Below the pieces are notes generated by a model that searched no databases, was not told the DNA's origin, and worked only from the letters and a program-made list of their open reading frames with translations. Positions 25,284 through 34,886 of a stretch of DNA of 64,000 bases are shown in pieces. Each line of letters opens with the position of its first letter. Position 1 is the first letter of the stretch. Source of the DNA: a virus; the IMG/VR virus record IMGVR_UViG_3300027963_004416, positions 32,001-96,000 of that record; one strand, 5' to 3'. Made by a program: the position numbers and the translations under genes.

Positions 25284-25780
25284 TGTCATCTAGACCGCTT
25301 GATCTGCTTTATACCTATCAGTTCTTAAAAAGACTTGCTACTCCTTTTAAGGAGTGGGATGCCTTTAAGCTCGGTATTATTGACGAAGATGGTAAAGTTC
25401 TTAGAAAGAGTTCTACTTTAAAGACTGTAGAAGAAAAAAATGCCTGGGGTAATTTTGATAGGTTAGTTGCTAATTTGAAAAAGCTATTAGGCAAATTACC
25501 CTTAGGTAAAACAAGACTAGCATCATACGCTGCGGCATTGCTTTTACTAAAAGAGTCCAATAATAAAGAGTTAGAAAGATTAGATGAAGAAGAGCTTAGT
25601 CTTGCGGTTAATAAATTGTTTGAGAAGGTATATTACAGCTTAGAAGAAGATATTGCAAATGTAGCTGGTGCGGGTAATATAGCTGGGATTGGTATTGGAC
25701 CGCAGGGTGAGCCTCCAAAGAAAAAGAAAACTCTAGTGATAAAGAATGTTATTAAACGAAAGGCGCCTGTAAATGTATAA
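25283..25780 (+). CDS. Conserved T4-like hypothetical protein
   Basis: PFKEWDAFKLGIIDEDG motif. Confidence 0.8.
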   Translation: MSSRPLDLLYTYQFLKRLATPFKEWDAFKLGIIDEDGKVLRKSSTLKTVEEKNAWGNFDRLVANLKKLLGKLPLGKTRLASYAAALLLLKESNNKELERLDEEELSLAVNKLFEKVYYSLEEDIANVAGAGNIAGIGIGPQGEPPKKKKTLVIKNVIKRKAPVNV

Positions 25781-26171
25781 GTTAATTCCTCTTATCTTTC
25801 TTTTGACAGGTTGCGCTGTAATAGATGCCTATAGAATGGGTAAATATGATGTAATTGAACATGATAAAATTAATAACATTCGTTCTTCTGCTGAGTTGTC
25901 AATTCCATACTGCGGTGATAATGATACAGTAAAAGTTATTTCAACTAACCTTTACAATAAAAGTGTTGAGCTAAAGAATTATTCCTCAACATTGCCTAAC
26001 AACAAAGAAGCTGGCGAATTAAGTGGAATGCTAGTCGAGGTGACTGGTAGTATGATGAAGGCGTATCAGGAAGACAAACCTCATAGCAAGGTATTCTGTG
26101 AGCTAAAGCTAAAAAATGTTGAAGACTCTGCTATAAAAATTCAAACTGTTATAGCAAGGAAGCCAAGATGA
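25773..26171 (+). CDS. Lipoprotein
   Basis: LLTGC lipobox. Confidence 0.75.
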   Translation: MYKLIPLIFLLTGCAVIDAYRMGKYDVIEHDKINNIRSSAELSIPYCGDNDTVKVISTNLYNKSVELKNYSSTLPNNKEAGELSGMLVEVTGSMMKAYQEDKPHSKVFCELKLKNVEDSAIKIQTVIARKPR

Positions 26172-26416
26172 ACTTCAAAGAAGCTCTAGATCCATTCATA
26201 AAAAGTAATGACTTAATAATCTGCACAGTTGCTGCAAAAGCAGAATCATATACTGATGAGTTTAAAAAAGGAAACTTAAGCTTAAGTGAGTATAAAGATC
26301 TTATGAACGATCTTACTATACTAAAGAGGATTGATGAATCTGCTGATTTACTTCAGCAGAGAATTAGTTTAAACACTGCTATTAATGGACTTATAGCTGC
26401 TGCATCTTTAGTATAA
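26168..26416 (+). CDS. Hypothetical protein
   Basis: Coupled ORF. Confidence 0.65.
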   Translation: MNFKEALDPFIKSNDLIICTVAAKAESYTDEFKKGNLSLSEYKDLMNDLTILKRIDESADLLQQRISLNTAINGLIAAASLV

Positions 26417-26703
26417 TGCAGGAAAATACTGAAGACTGGATGACAAAAAAGTGGAGGCCTATGATGGCCGTCACATATATGGCTATAAATATATGTGATT
26501 TTATTATTTTTCCAGTTATGCATACGTTTGTGTTTTTTTGGAATAATCCGGCTAACGTTGCTACTTTCAAGCAGTGGGAGCCGATCACATTACAATATGG
26601 TGGATTAATACACTTGGCTTTTGGAGCAATTTTGGGCATTTCTGCATGGACGCGAGGTCAAGAGAAAGTAGCAGCAATTAATAAAAATAATAATCAGGTA
26701 TAG
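26416..26703 (+). CDS. Putative holin (GTA 3TM-holin-like)
   Basis: KWRPMM...hydrophobic helices...LGISAWTRGQEK. Confidence 0.65.
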   Translation: MQENTEDWMTKKWRPMMAVTYMAINICDFIIFPVMHTFVFFWNNPANVATFKQWEPITLQYGGLIHLAFGAILGISAWTRGQEKVAAINKNNNQV

Positions 26704-26705
26704 AG

Positions 26706-26936
26706 ATGGAAACATTCGATACAAATTCAAGGATTGCAGTGCTAGAAAACGAAGTCAAAAACATAGCCTCGGACATCAAGGAGCTTAGATTGGAACAAAA
26801 AGAGCAACACGATGCTCTGATGAAGCATTTTGTTTCAATTGAGGAAAGATTAACTAATCTTGAAAAATGGCGCTGGATGGTCGTAGGCGGAGCTTTGGTT
26901 GTTGGCTTCCTACTTTCACACATAATAAAATATTAA
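26706..26936 (+). CDS. XhlA-like coiled-coil protein with C-terminal TM
   Basis: RIAVLE...LEKWRWMVVGGALVVG. Confidence 0.6.
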   Translation: METFDTNSRIAVLENEVKNIASDIKELRLEQKEQHDALMKHFVSIEERLTNLEKWRWMVVGGALVVGFLLSHIIKY

Positions 26937-26940
26937 ATAG

Positions 26941-26969
26941 TTGAATTAAGTACCTGTTTCGTATATAAT
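26941..26969 (+). promoter_or_regulatory. Sigma70-type promoter of primase
   Basis: TTGAAT-17-TATAAT. Confidence 0.75.
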
Positions 26970-26992
26970 GAATTGTTGACAACAGGTACTAT

Positions 26993-28009
26993 ATGCTGTA
27001 TATTGATCTTAAGTATATCGGTCTTATTTCTAATCGCTTAGAACGTCTCAAGCGAAAAACTAACAATATATTCAATTGTAGATGCCCTTTGTGTGGCGAT
27101 TCCAGATCTGATCGCACAAAGACGCGTGGCTACCTATTCGAGAAGAAAGGCAACATGCTGTACTTTTGCCACAACTGTGGTGCATCGATGTCGTTCGCTA
27201 ATTTCCTTAAATCTATAGATGGTGAGCTATACAAAGAATATGCTCAAGAGACGTTCATTGAGAAATATTCTAGCAACACCACTGTACAGCCGGTAGATAT
27301 TACTAATCCTTCACCTCCTAAATTCATGAAGGATTCGCCGCTTAAACAACTGAAAAAAATCTCACAGCTACCGTACAATCATCCGGCAAAGCTGTATGTG
27401 GAGAAGCGTAAAATACCACCGGCTTCACATTATAAACTATTTTATGCACCAAAATTTAAAACCTGGGTGAATACTTTTATCCCGGATAAGTTTGCAGTAG
27501 AAATTGATGAGCCTAGACTGATACTCCCGTTCCTGGATAAGGAAAAAAACTGCTTTGGGTTTCAAGGTCGAGCCTTTGCGGCGTCTGCACTGAGATATAT
27601 CACTATAATGTTAGATTCAGATAAGCCCAAGATATTTGGCCTTGACTCGCTTGATATAACGCGACCGTTTTATATTACCGAAGGTCCAATCGACTCACTC
27701 TTTTTACCTAATGCGATTGCAATGGCCGGTGCCGACGCCAGCATTGATTGGATCGATCCTTCGTATAGAAAAAATAGCGTATATGTTTACGATAATGAAC
27801 CACGTAATAGTCAGATAACAAGCCGAATGGAAAAGGTTATCGACAAGGGATATAAGGTTGTAGTGTGGCCATCAGAAACGAAAGAGAAAGATATAAATGA
27901 TATGGTGCTAACTGGTAAACCACTACCCGCGCTAAAGGACATTATAGATAGTAATACATTTGAGGGATTGAGCGCCAAGCTTGCCTTTACAACATGGAAA
28001 AAAATATGA
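26993..28009 (+). CDS. gp61: DNA primase (T4 gp61-like)
   Basis: CPLCGDS...CHNCG zinc finger; TEGPIDSLF; YDNEPRN; KDINDM. Confidence 0.95.
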   Translation: MLYIDLKYIGLISNRLERLKRKTNNIFNCRCPLCGDSRSDRTKTRGYLFEKKGNMLYFCHNCGASMSFANFLKSIDGELYKEYAQETFIEKYSSNTTVQPVDITNPSPPKFMKDSPLKQLKKISQLPYNHPAKLYVEKRKIPPASHYKLFYAPKFKTWVNTFIPDKFAVEIDEPRLILPFLDKEKNCFGFQGRAFAASALRYITIMLDSDKPKIFGLDSLDITRPFYITEGPIDSLFLPNAIAMAGADASIDWIDPSYRKNSVYVYDNEPRNSQITSRMEKVIDKGYKVVVWPSETKEKDINDMVLTGKPLPALKDIIDSNTFEGLSAKLAFTTWKKI

Positions 28010-28671
28010 ACGTTAAAATTATAAGCTATTCGCAGCCCCCTGTAGGTACATCACTCGGACTCAAAAGCGCACAGGAGCTAGTAGCATATTGCGCTAGAGT
28101 ATCAAATCCATCAAATCAGCTTAATACGGAAACGTCAGACAAGCTTATTAAATATCTCGTCAAGAATAAACACTGGTCACCACTTGAAATGGTATCACTA
28201 TGTTTAGAGGTTAACACAACGAGAGACATAGCGAGACAAATTCTTAGACATAGGAGCTTCTCGTTTCAAGAGTTTAGTCAGAGGTATGCTGACCCTGTCA
28301 AAGAGCTTAGTTTTATTACTCGGGAGGCTCGACTTCAAGATCTTGAGAATCGTCAAAATTCTATAGAGATACATAATAAGCTGTTACAAGAGCAATGGGA
28401 ATTACATCAAAAGGAAGTAATAGAATTAGCTAAGTCAAAGTATGAATGGGCAATAAAGTCCGGTATTGCAAAAGAACAGGCGCGGGTAGTTCTTCCAGAA
28501 GGCTTAATTGAATCAAAACTTTATGTAAATGGAACTTTGAGGTCATGGGTTCACTACATACAGCTCAGATCAGGTAACGGTACGCAAAAAGAACATAAGG
28601 AAATAGCTCAAGCTTGCGCTAAGGTTATTGCTGATGTGTTCCCTATTATAGAAGACTTTAATGATATGTAG
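28006..28671 (+). CDS. thyX: Flavin-dependent thymidylate synthase
   Basis: HWSPLE, RHRSFSFQEFSQRY, TQKEH. Confidence 0.96.
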   Translation: MNVKIISYSQPPVGTSLGLKSAQELVAYCARVSNPSNQLNTETSDKLIKYLVKNKHWSPLEMVSLCLEVNTTRDIARQILRHRSFSFQEFSQRYADPVKELSFITREARLQDLENRQNSIEIHNKLLQEQWELHQKEVIELAKSKYEWAIKSGIAKEQARVVLPEGLIESKLYVNGTLRSWVHYIQLRSGNGTQKEHKEIAQACAKVIADVFPIIEDFNDM

Positions 28672-28679
28672 AGGTAACT

Positions 28680-29276
28680 ATGTGGTTAATTAATTTTATA
28701 CCAGACTGGGTTTTTCATTTAGCAACTTTAGCGGGGATTCTTCTTTTAGTTACCTCAATTGTCTTAGGCTTTATTCCTTTCATTTCAAAATTTAAAACCC
28801 CTTTGCTTGTTTTAGGGGTAGTAGTGATGAGTGCGGGATTATTTTTTGAAGGTACCTTATACTGTAATGCTCAATGGAATGAAAAGGTAGCAGAGCTAGA
28901 GCGCAAGGTAGCAGCGGCAGAAGTTGCATCGGCTAAGCAGAATACTAGAATTGTCACTAAGTATATAACGAATGTAGAGAAGATAAAGGATACAACGGAT
29001 GAAAATATTAAACTCGTCGAGCAGCATGTTACTGGTGATGATAGCAAGTGTACTGTCCCTAACTCTGTCGTCGTGCTCCACGACAGTGCCAGTAAGAATC
29101 AGCTTCCCCCAAGCACCGGAGGAGCTTATGAAGGAGCCTCCGATGTTAAAATCAGTGAACTCACAACAACCGTCGTTGAAAACTACGGAACCTACTACCA
29201 AATCTCCGAGCAATTAAAAGCGTGGCAAGAGTGGTATAAAACTCAAAAAGATATTTTCGAAAAAGCTTTTAATTAA
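28680..29276 (+). CDS. Inner-membrane spanin (Rz-like)
   Basis: N-terminal TM helices, periplasmic coiled coil, nested lipoprotein ORF. Confidence 0.75.
   Translation: MWLINFIPDWVFHLATLAGILLLVTSIVLGFIPFISKFKTPLLVLGVVVMSAGLFFEGTLYCNAQWNEKVAELERKVAAAEVASAKQNTRIVTKYITNVEKIKDTTDENIKLVEQHVTGDDSKCTVPNSVVVLHDSASKNQLPPSTGGAYEGASDVKISELTTTVVENYGTYYQISEQLKAWQEWYKTQKDIFEKAFN
28999..29217 (+). CDS. Outer-membrane spanin (Rz1-like), nested in +1 frame
   Basis: LSSC lipobox followed by Pro-rich STTVPV..FPQAPEELMKEPP. Confidence 0.7.
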   Translation: MKILNSSSSMLLVMIASVLSLTLSSCSTTVPVRISFPQAPEELMKEPPMLKSVNSQQPSLKTTEPTTKSPSN

Positions 29277-29284
29277 GAGGTAGC

Positions 29285-31081
29285 ATGAACAATATTGTAC
29301 ACGGTATTACGGTAGACTATTCGCGTGATTCTTTGTTTGACGAGTTAGGAATTAAGCGACTAAAAGAATCATATATGACAGATGAAGAGGTATCCCCTCA
29401 GGAGAGATTTGCTTATGTATCAAAAATCTTTGGATCGAATCCTGAACATTCTCAGAGACTTTATGACTATAGTAGTCGGCATTGGCTATCTTATAGTACT
29501 CCTATCCTTTCATTTGGCCGTAGTAAGCGGAGTCTTCCTATATCATGTTTTTTACCTTATTTACACGATAGTGCGGAAGGCTTGGTTGACTGCTTATCAG
29601 AAGTAAACTGGCTATCAATGCTTGGAGGTGGGATTGGAATTGGTCTTGGTATTCGCAGTGCTGATGATAAGTCTGTTGGTATTATGCCTCATCTTAGAAC
29701 TTATGATGCATCCTCTCTTGCATATCGTCAAGGCAGGACTCGTCGCGGTAGCTATGCTGCTTATCTTGACATATCTCACCCGGATATTTTGATCTTTCTA
29801 GAGATGCGCAAGCCTACCGGTGATCAGAACATGCGCTGTTTGAACTTGCATCACGGCATTAATATCACGGATGACTTCATGCAGATTATTGAAAAGTGCA
29901 TGATTGATCCTACAGCAGAAGATACCTGGGAACTAAAAGATCCTCATAATAATGAGGTGAAGGAAAAAGTATCTGCACGTGAGCTTTGGCAGCGTATTCT
30001 TGAAATGCGTATGGTTACGGGTGAGCCATACTTACATTTTATTGATACAAGCAACAATGCATTACCAGAGTCACAAAAAGCTTTAGGTCTTAAGGTCAGG
30101 CAATCAAACCTATGTTCAGAAATTGTTTTACCAACAGATAAAGATAGAACCGCAGTATGCTGTCTATCATCTGTAAATCTGGAGTATTACGATGAATGGA
30201 AAAATGATCCTAGATTTCTTCGGGATATTGCGGAAATGCTTGATAATGTGCTACAACACTTTATTGATAATGCTCCAGATGTTATTCACCGTGCTCGTTT
30301 TAGCGCCGCTCGTGAGCGAAGTATTGGTATCGGAGCTCTTGGTTTCCATGCGTACCTTCAAAAGACGAATGTTCCCTGGGAGTCGCCGCTAGCAGTTAGC
30401 GCTAATCACCGTATTTTTAAGTACATGAAGGAGCAGGTAGATGCTGCAAATAAACAGCTTGGTGGTGAACGCGGCGAAGCTCCAGATGCTGCTGGTACTG
30501 GAAACCGCTTCTGCCACCTTATGGCTATCGCGCCTAACGCCTCATCATCAATTATCATGGGAAATACTTCGCCAAGTATTGAACCGTACCGTGCTAATGC
30601 CTATAGACAAGACACTCTCTCCGGATCGTTCTTAAATAAAAACAGATATCTTGATAAAATCATTAAAGACGCATCCGAAAAAGATAACAAGATAGATTAC
30701 CATGAGACATGGTCCAGTATTATTGCGAATGATGGCTCAGTACAGCATTTAGAATGGATGGACGAGTGGGTGAAGGATGTATTTAAGACGTCCATGGAGA
30801 TAGATCAAAGATGGATTATTCAGCATGCTGCTGATCGTCAACCGTATATTGATCAGGCCCAGTCGTTAAATCTCTTCTTCAGACCGAATACAAACGTTAA
30901 GTATTTACATGCGGTTCATTTTATGGCCTGGAAACAGGGTCTAAAGACGCTTTACTATTGCCGATCTGAAAAAATTGGTAAAGCAGATAAAGTAGCAAAA
31001 AAGATTGAAAGACAGGTTATCGAAGAATTAGATCTTAAACAAATAGCAGAAGGCGAGGTTTGCCTTGCATGCGAGGGATAA
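29285..31081 (+). CDS. nrdA: Ribonucleotide reductase class I alpha subunit
   Basis: ISCF, SNLCSEI, KTLYY, C-terminal CLACEG. Confidence 0.97.
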   Translation: MNNIVHGITVDYSRDSLFDELGIKRLKESYMTDEEVSPQERFAYVSKIFGSNPEHSQRLYDYSSRHWLSYSTPILSFGRSKRSLPISCFLPYLHDSAEGLVDCLSEVNWLSMLGGGIGIGLGIRSADDKSVGIMPHLRTYDASSLAYRQGRTRRGSYAAYLDISHPDILIFLEMRKPTGDQNMRCLNLHHGINITDDFMQIIEKCMIDPTAEDTWELKDPHNNEVKEKVSARELWQRILEMRMVTGEPYLHFIDTSNNALPESQKALGLKVRQSNLCSEIVLPTDKDRTAVCCLSSVNLEYYDEWKNDPRFLRDIAEMLDNVLQHFIDNAPDVIHRARFSAARERSIGIGALGFHAYLQKTNVPWESPLAVSANHRIFKYMKEQVDAANKQLGGERGEAPDAAGTGNRFCHLMAIAPNASSSIIMGNTSPSIEPYRANAYRQDTLSGSFLNKNRYLDKIIKDASEKDNKIDYHETWSSIIANDGSVQHLEWMDEWVKDVFKTSMEIDQRWIIQHAADRQPYIDQAQSLNLFFRPNTNVKYLHAVHFMAWKQGLKTLYYCRSEKIGKADKVAKKIERQVIEELDLKQIAEGEVCLACEG

Positions 31082-32068
31082 ATGATTAAAAAAACAAAAT
31101 CAAGACTTACCGATGAGCGGGAATCATTTAAGCCATTTAACTACCCTTGGGCATATGAAGACTGGCTCAAGCATGAACAAGCTCACTGGCTCCATACAGA
31201 GGTGCCAATGCTTGAGGATGTAAAGGATTGGAAAAACAAACTTACAGACCCACAGAAGCATTTCCTTACAAATATTTTTAGATTTTTTACACAAGGTGAT
31301 GTTGATGTAGCAGGTGGATATGTAAAAAATTATTTACCTTACTTTCCGCAACCGGAAATAAGAATGATGTTGATGGGATTTGCTGCCAGAGAGGCACTAC
31401 ATGTAGCGGCCTACTCACATCTTATAGAGACACTAGGCATGCCAGAATCGACTTATGCTGAATTTCTGGAATATTCGCAGATGCGTGACAAGCATGATTA
31501 TTTTGTAGATCTTTCACATAAAAATGGCACTGCAGCATCGGTAGCAGCAAATATTGCTGCTTTTTCAGCCTTCACTGAAGGTATGCAACTATTCAGTTCA
31601 TTTATTATGTTGCTTAATTTTCCTCGACATGGGCTTATGAAGGGTATGGGTCAAATCGTGACATGGTCTATTGTAGATGAAACCATGCATGCTGAATCAA
31701 TGATCAAGCTTTTCAGAACATATATAGAAGAAAATAAGGAATTGTGGAACGATGAACTTAAGAGTACAATTTATACCATCGCTGAAAAGATGGTTGAGCT
31801 TGAGGACAAATTTATTGATCTTGCTTTTAACATGGGTGATATGCCAGGTCTCACAGCGGACGACGTTAAGCGCTATATTAGGTATATTGCTGACCGCCGG
31901 CTTATATCTCTCGGTCTCAAGGGAATATTTAAAGTTAAGAAAAATCCTCTCTCGTGGGTAGAGGAAATGATTAATGCACCAACCCACACTAACTTTTTTG
32001 AAAATAGAGCCACCGACTATGCTAAAGGTGCGCTGACAGGAACCTGGGAGGATGTATGGGCCGCTTAA
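31082..32068 (+). CDS. nrdB: Ribonucleotide reductase class I beta subunit
   Basis: REALHVAAY, EGMQLF, DETMH, NFFE..ATDY. Confidence 0.97.
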   Translation: MIKKTKSRLTDERESFKPFNYPWAYEDWLKHEQAHWLHTEVPMLEDVKDWKNKLTDPQKHFLTNIFRFFTQGDVDVAGGYVKNYLPYFPQPEIRMMLMGFAAREALHVAAYSHLIETLGMPESTYAEFLEYSQMRDKHDYFVDLSHKNGTAASVAANIAAFSAFTEGMQLFSSFIMLLNFPRHGLMKGMGQIVTWSIVDETMHAESMIKLFRTYIEENKELWNDELKSTIYTIAEKMVELEDKFIDLAFNMGDMPGLTADDVKRYIRYIADRRLISLGLKGIFKVKKNPLSWVEEMINAPTHTNFFENRATDYAKGALTGTWEDVWAA

Positions 32069-32475
32069 GTTTAATTGCATTATTTTTTGTACCATTAGTA
32101 TCTTATGCCAACCATCATGATTGGAAAGTTACAAGGGTTGTTGACGGGGATACAGTGGAATTTGAAGCTAAGTTCTTACCAGTAGAGCTCGGAGATAAGC
32201 TAAAGATTAGAGTACTAGGAGTTGATACTCCAGAAAAGGCTCCTAGAGCGAAGTGCGAGAAAGAAGCTCAAATGGGCCAAGCTGCTACGGATTATACAAA
32301 GAAGATGATTGCTGGTGGTAAAAAGATTCAAATAGAGATTAAGGAATGGGATAAATTTGGTGGAAGAGTATTGGGAGATGTTATTGTTGATGGTAGCAGA
32401 GTATCGGAATCATTAATTAAAAACAATCTTGCTAGACCTTATCACGGAGAAGCCAAACAATCATGGTGCAACTAG
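32056..32475 (+). CDS. Thermonuclease (SNase-like) with signal peptide
   Basis: RVVDGDT, IRVLGVDTPE, DKFGGRVLG. Confidence 0.9.
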   Translation: MGRLSLIALFFVPLVSYANHHDWKVTRVVDGDTVEFEAKFLPVELGDKLKIRVLGVDTPEKAPRAKCEKEAQMGQAATDYTKKMIAGGKKIQIEIKEWDKFGGRVLGDVIVDGSRVSESLIKNNLARPYHGEAKQSWCN

Positions 32476-32654
32476 AAGAACTTCACTACTGTAATAATTG
32501 TGATGCTGAATTTAGTGTATACTCAAGTTTTGAAACTGATGACTTAATATCATTTTGTCCTTATTGTGGTTCAGAGATAGAAGATATTGATGAAGAAATA
32601 GATGATTTTGATATGGACGATGATGAGTCAGAGGAAGATGACTACAAAGAATAA
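32463..32654 (+). CDS. Zinc-ribbon protein with acidic tail
   Basis: CNNC...CPYCG. Confidence 0.7.
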   Translation: MVQLEELHYCNNCDAEFSVYSSFETDDLISFCPYCGSEIEDIDEEIDDFDMDDDESEEDDYKE

Positions 32655-33214
32655 TGATCTGCGCAGGGATTGATCTCTCACTAACATCTCCTGCGATATG
32701 CATTAATCTTAATGAAGAGCATTTTGATTATGAATGTTGTATGTTTAAGTACTTGACTGATCAGCCGAGGAGGATATGCACCTATGAAAAATTTAATGGT
32801 ACGCTTTTTCCGGAGTATGGATCTCAGTATGAGCGATATCAAAATATTTCTCGTTGGGTTATTAATAGCCTTGATTATTATGGAATTAGATCTGTATTCT
32901 TAGAAGATTATAGTTACGGTTCTACTGGCAGGGTATTTCATATAGCTGAAAATACCGGTATTTTAAAGTACATATTGTGGCAAAATAATATTAATTTAAT
33001 TACTATACCACCCACAGTAGTTAAAAAAATTGCTACTGGTAAGGGCAATGCTAATAAAGAGCTTATGCAGTCGGCCTTCGTTATGGAAACTAATGTAGAC
33101 TTAAAATCTATGCTTGGCCTATCAGCTAAACAATGGAATCCTTCATCAGATCTCATTGATAGTTATTATATCTGTAAGTATGGTGCCCTGCAGTACGAAA
33201 AAAGAGTAGATTAG
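32654..33214 (+). CDS. RuvC-like nuclease/resolvase
   Basis: GIDLS, LEDY, TGKGNANK, DLIDS. Confidence 0.8.
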   Translation: MICAGIDLSLTSPAICINLNEEHFDYECCMFKYLTDQPRRICTYEKFNGTLFPEYGSQYERYQNISRWVINSLDYYGIRSVFLEDYSYGSTGRVFHIAENTGILKYILWQNNINLITIPPTVVKKIATGKGNANKELMQSAFVMETNVDLKSMLGLSAKQWNPSSDLIDSYYICKYGALQYEKRVD

Positions 33215-33252
33215 AAATTTTATTTAAGATATAATAATGTACAGGAGGCGAT

Positions 33253-33480
33253 ATGGCTACTAAAGACTACGGCTACAGTTACGATTATTCGAATCAAAAA
33301 CCTTTGCATACGTTTGTAAATAATACAAACAAGTCGAGTATTTCAGTATTTAAAGAATATTCTTCATACATTATTCTTCAGAAAGATAGCAAGGGGTTTC
33401 AGCAAAGGCTTAAAGTTGACGAAGTAAATCTTAGTAGTATGATGACTAGGCTTATTAATAACGGATGGATAGATGCCTGA
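33253..33480 (+). CDS. Hypothetical protein
   Basis: AGGAGG RBS. Confidence 0.65.
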   Translation: MATKDYGYSYDYSNQKPLHTFVNNTNKSSISVFKEYSSYIILQKDSKGFQQRLKVDEVNLSSMMTRLINNGWIDA

Positions 33481-33796
33481 ATTTGTACAAATTTTAGCAT
33501 ATACTAGTCTATGTTGGGTATTAATTAATTTTTTAGTTAGAATTTACTTTAGCATTAAAGATCAGCAAGAAGATGAAGAAGAATTATTAGTAGATGAAAA
33601 CTGGATTTTCCCTATACATTTAGAATATACTAATGACATGTGGTATGCATGGGATATTGATAATAACTTCATCAGACAGGCATCTTCAAAAGAGCAGCTT
33701 ATTACTGATATTCTTAATCAATATGATATTTCGCCTCGACGCATCGAAATTAAAAGTGAGAAACTATTAAATGAAACCGCAAAGGCAGCAGTATAA
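33473..33796 (+). CDS. Membrane-anchored hypothetical protein
   Basis: N-terminal TM. Confidence 0.65.
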   Translation: MPEFVQILAYTSLCWVLINFLVRIYFSIKDQQEDEEELLVDENWIFPIHLEYTNDMWYAWDIDNNFIRQASSKEQLITDILNQYDISPRRIEIKSEKLLNETAKAAV

Positions 33797-33962
33797 AATT
33801 AAAGAAAATGTTACCTTAAAAAATATTTTTAATACTGGAGATATTATAGGGGATATTATTAATGAAGAAGAAATAGAAGGTAAGCCTTTCTATGTTGTTC
33901 GTAGTAACAACCGAGTTCTAAAATTATCTAAAGAAGCATATTTAATTAGGAAAACTAAATGA
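33771..33962 (+). CDS. Hypothetical protein
   Basis: Overlapping ORF. Confidence 0.6.
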   Translation: MKPQRQQYKIKENVTLKNIFNTGDIIGDIINEEEIEGKPFYVVRSNNRVLKLSKEAYLIRKTK

Positions 33963-34129
33963 GTAAGACGCAGTTTAATCTTTCAAAGTCTGCAAAAAGA
34001 ATGATGTCATTAACATACAATGCAAGCAAAGCTAATATGTTTAAGAAAGTTTTTATCGATGCGGAGAAAGCTGAAGCTGTTGCAAGGCAACAACGAAGCA
34101 CATCTAAAGAATCAGCAGATAATAGCTAG
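33959..34129 (+). CDS. Small basic protein (MSKTQFNLSKSAKRM...)
   Basis: 56 aa, AGGA RBS, overlap with upstream gene. Confidence 0.6.
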   Translation: MSKTQFNLSKSAKRMMSLTYNASKANMFKKVFIDAEKAEAVARQQRSTSKESADNS

Positions 34130-34163
34130 TACTAGTTTTTATTTAAGTGAATAAGCTATAATT

Positions 34164-34184
34164 AGGGGGCTAGGCCCCCTTTTT
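34164..34184 (+). terminator. Rho-independent terminator
   Basis: AGGGGGC-TAG-GCCCCCT followed by a T-run. Confidence 0.75.
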
Positions 34185-34197
34185 ATTAGGAGATATA

Positions 34198-34470
34198 ATG
34201 AGCGCATTTACGGAAGTACCTGACGGCAAAGAGTGGTTAACAGGATTGCTTAGGCAAGGTCCAGTCACAGTTAAGTTTAAGAAAGTTGATGGAACAGAGC
34301 GTACCATGAAGTGTACCCTTAGTGAAGATTTAATTCTTCCGTATCCAGTTTCAGAAAGCAAACGTGAAAAAAAGCAAAATGATGAGGTTTTAGCGGTTTA
34401 TGATTTAGAAAAAGAATCGTGGAGATCATTCCGCCTAGATAATATTATTAGTGTTGAGTTTGGATTATAA
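34198..34470 (+). CDS. WYL_2/SH3-like fold protein
   Basis: VKFKKVDGTERTMKCTL...VYDLEKESWRSFR. Confidence 0.85.
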   Translation: MSAFTEVPDGKEWLTGLLRQGPVTVKFKKVDGTERTMKCTLSEDLILPYPVSESKREKKQNDEVLAVYDLEKESWRSFRLDNIISVEFGL

Positions 34471-34886
34471 TGAGAATTGGATTTACATGTTCATCATTTG
34501 ATTTATTGCATGCAGGTCACATTGATATGCTTAGACAAGCAAAGGAGCAGTGTGATTATTTAATTTGCGGGCTTCAAGTGGATCCCAGCATAGACAGACC
34601 TGCAAAAAATAAACCTTCGCAGACTATCGTAGAGCGATACATTCAGCTTGAAGCTGTTAAGTACGTTGATGAGATCATTCCCTACGTAACAGAGTCTGAT
34701 CTAGAAGACCTTCTCAGTATTCTTCCTATAAACGTAAGAATCGTAGGTGAAGAATATAGAGAAAAAACCTTAACTGGCCGAGAAGTTTGCATGGCGAGAA
34801 ACATTGATATCTTTTATAATAAAAGAGAGCACAGATTTAGTTCATCTGAGCTAAGAAAAAGACTCGGTGAGATATGGAATACATAG
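34470..34886 (+). CDS. Cytidylyltransferase-like protein (TagD/RfaE-II family)
   Basis: FDLLHAGH; REHRFSSSELR. Confidence 0.9.
   Translation: MRIGFTCSSFDLLHAGHIDMLRQAKEQCDYLICGLQVDPSIDRPAKNKPSQTIVERYIQLEAVKYVDEIIPYVTESDLEDLLSILPINVRIVGEEYREKTLTGREVCMARNIDIFYNKREHRFSSSELRKRLGEIWNT

Noticed and set aside
28006-32068. Introns or inteins in thyX, nrdA, nrdB
   Set aside because: All three are continuous ORFs of normal length
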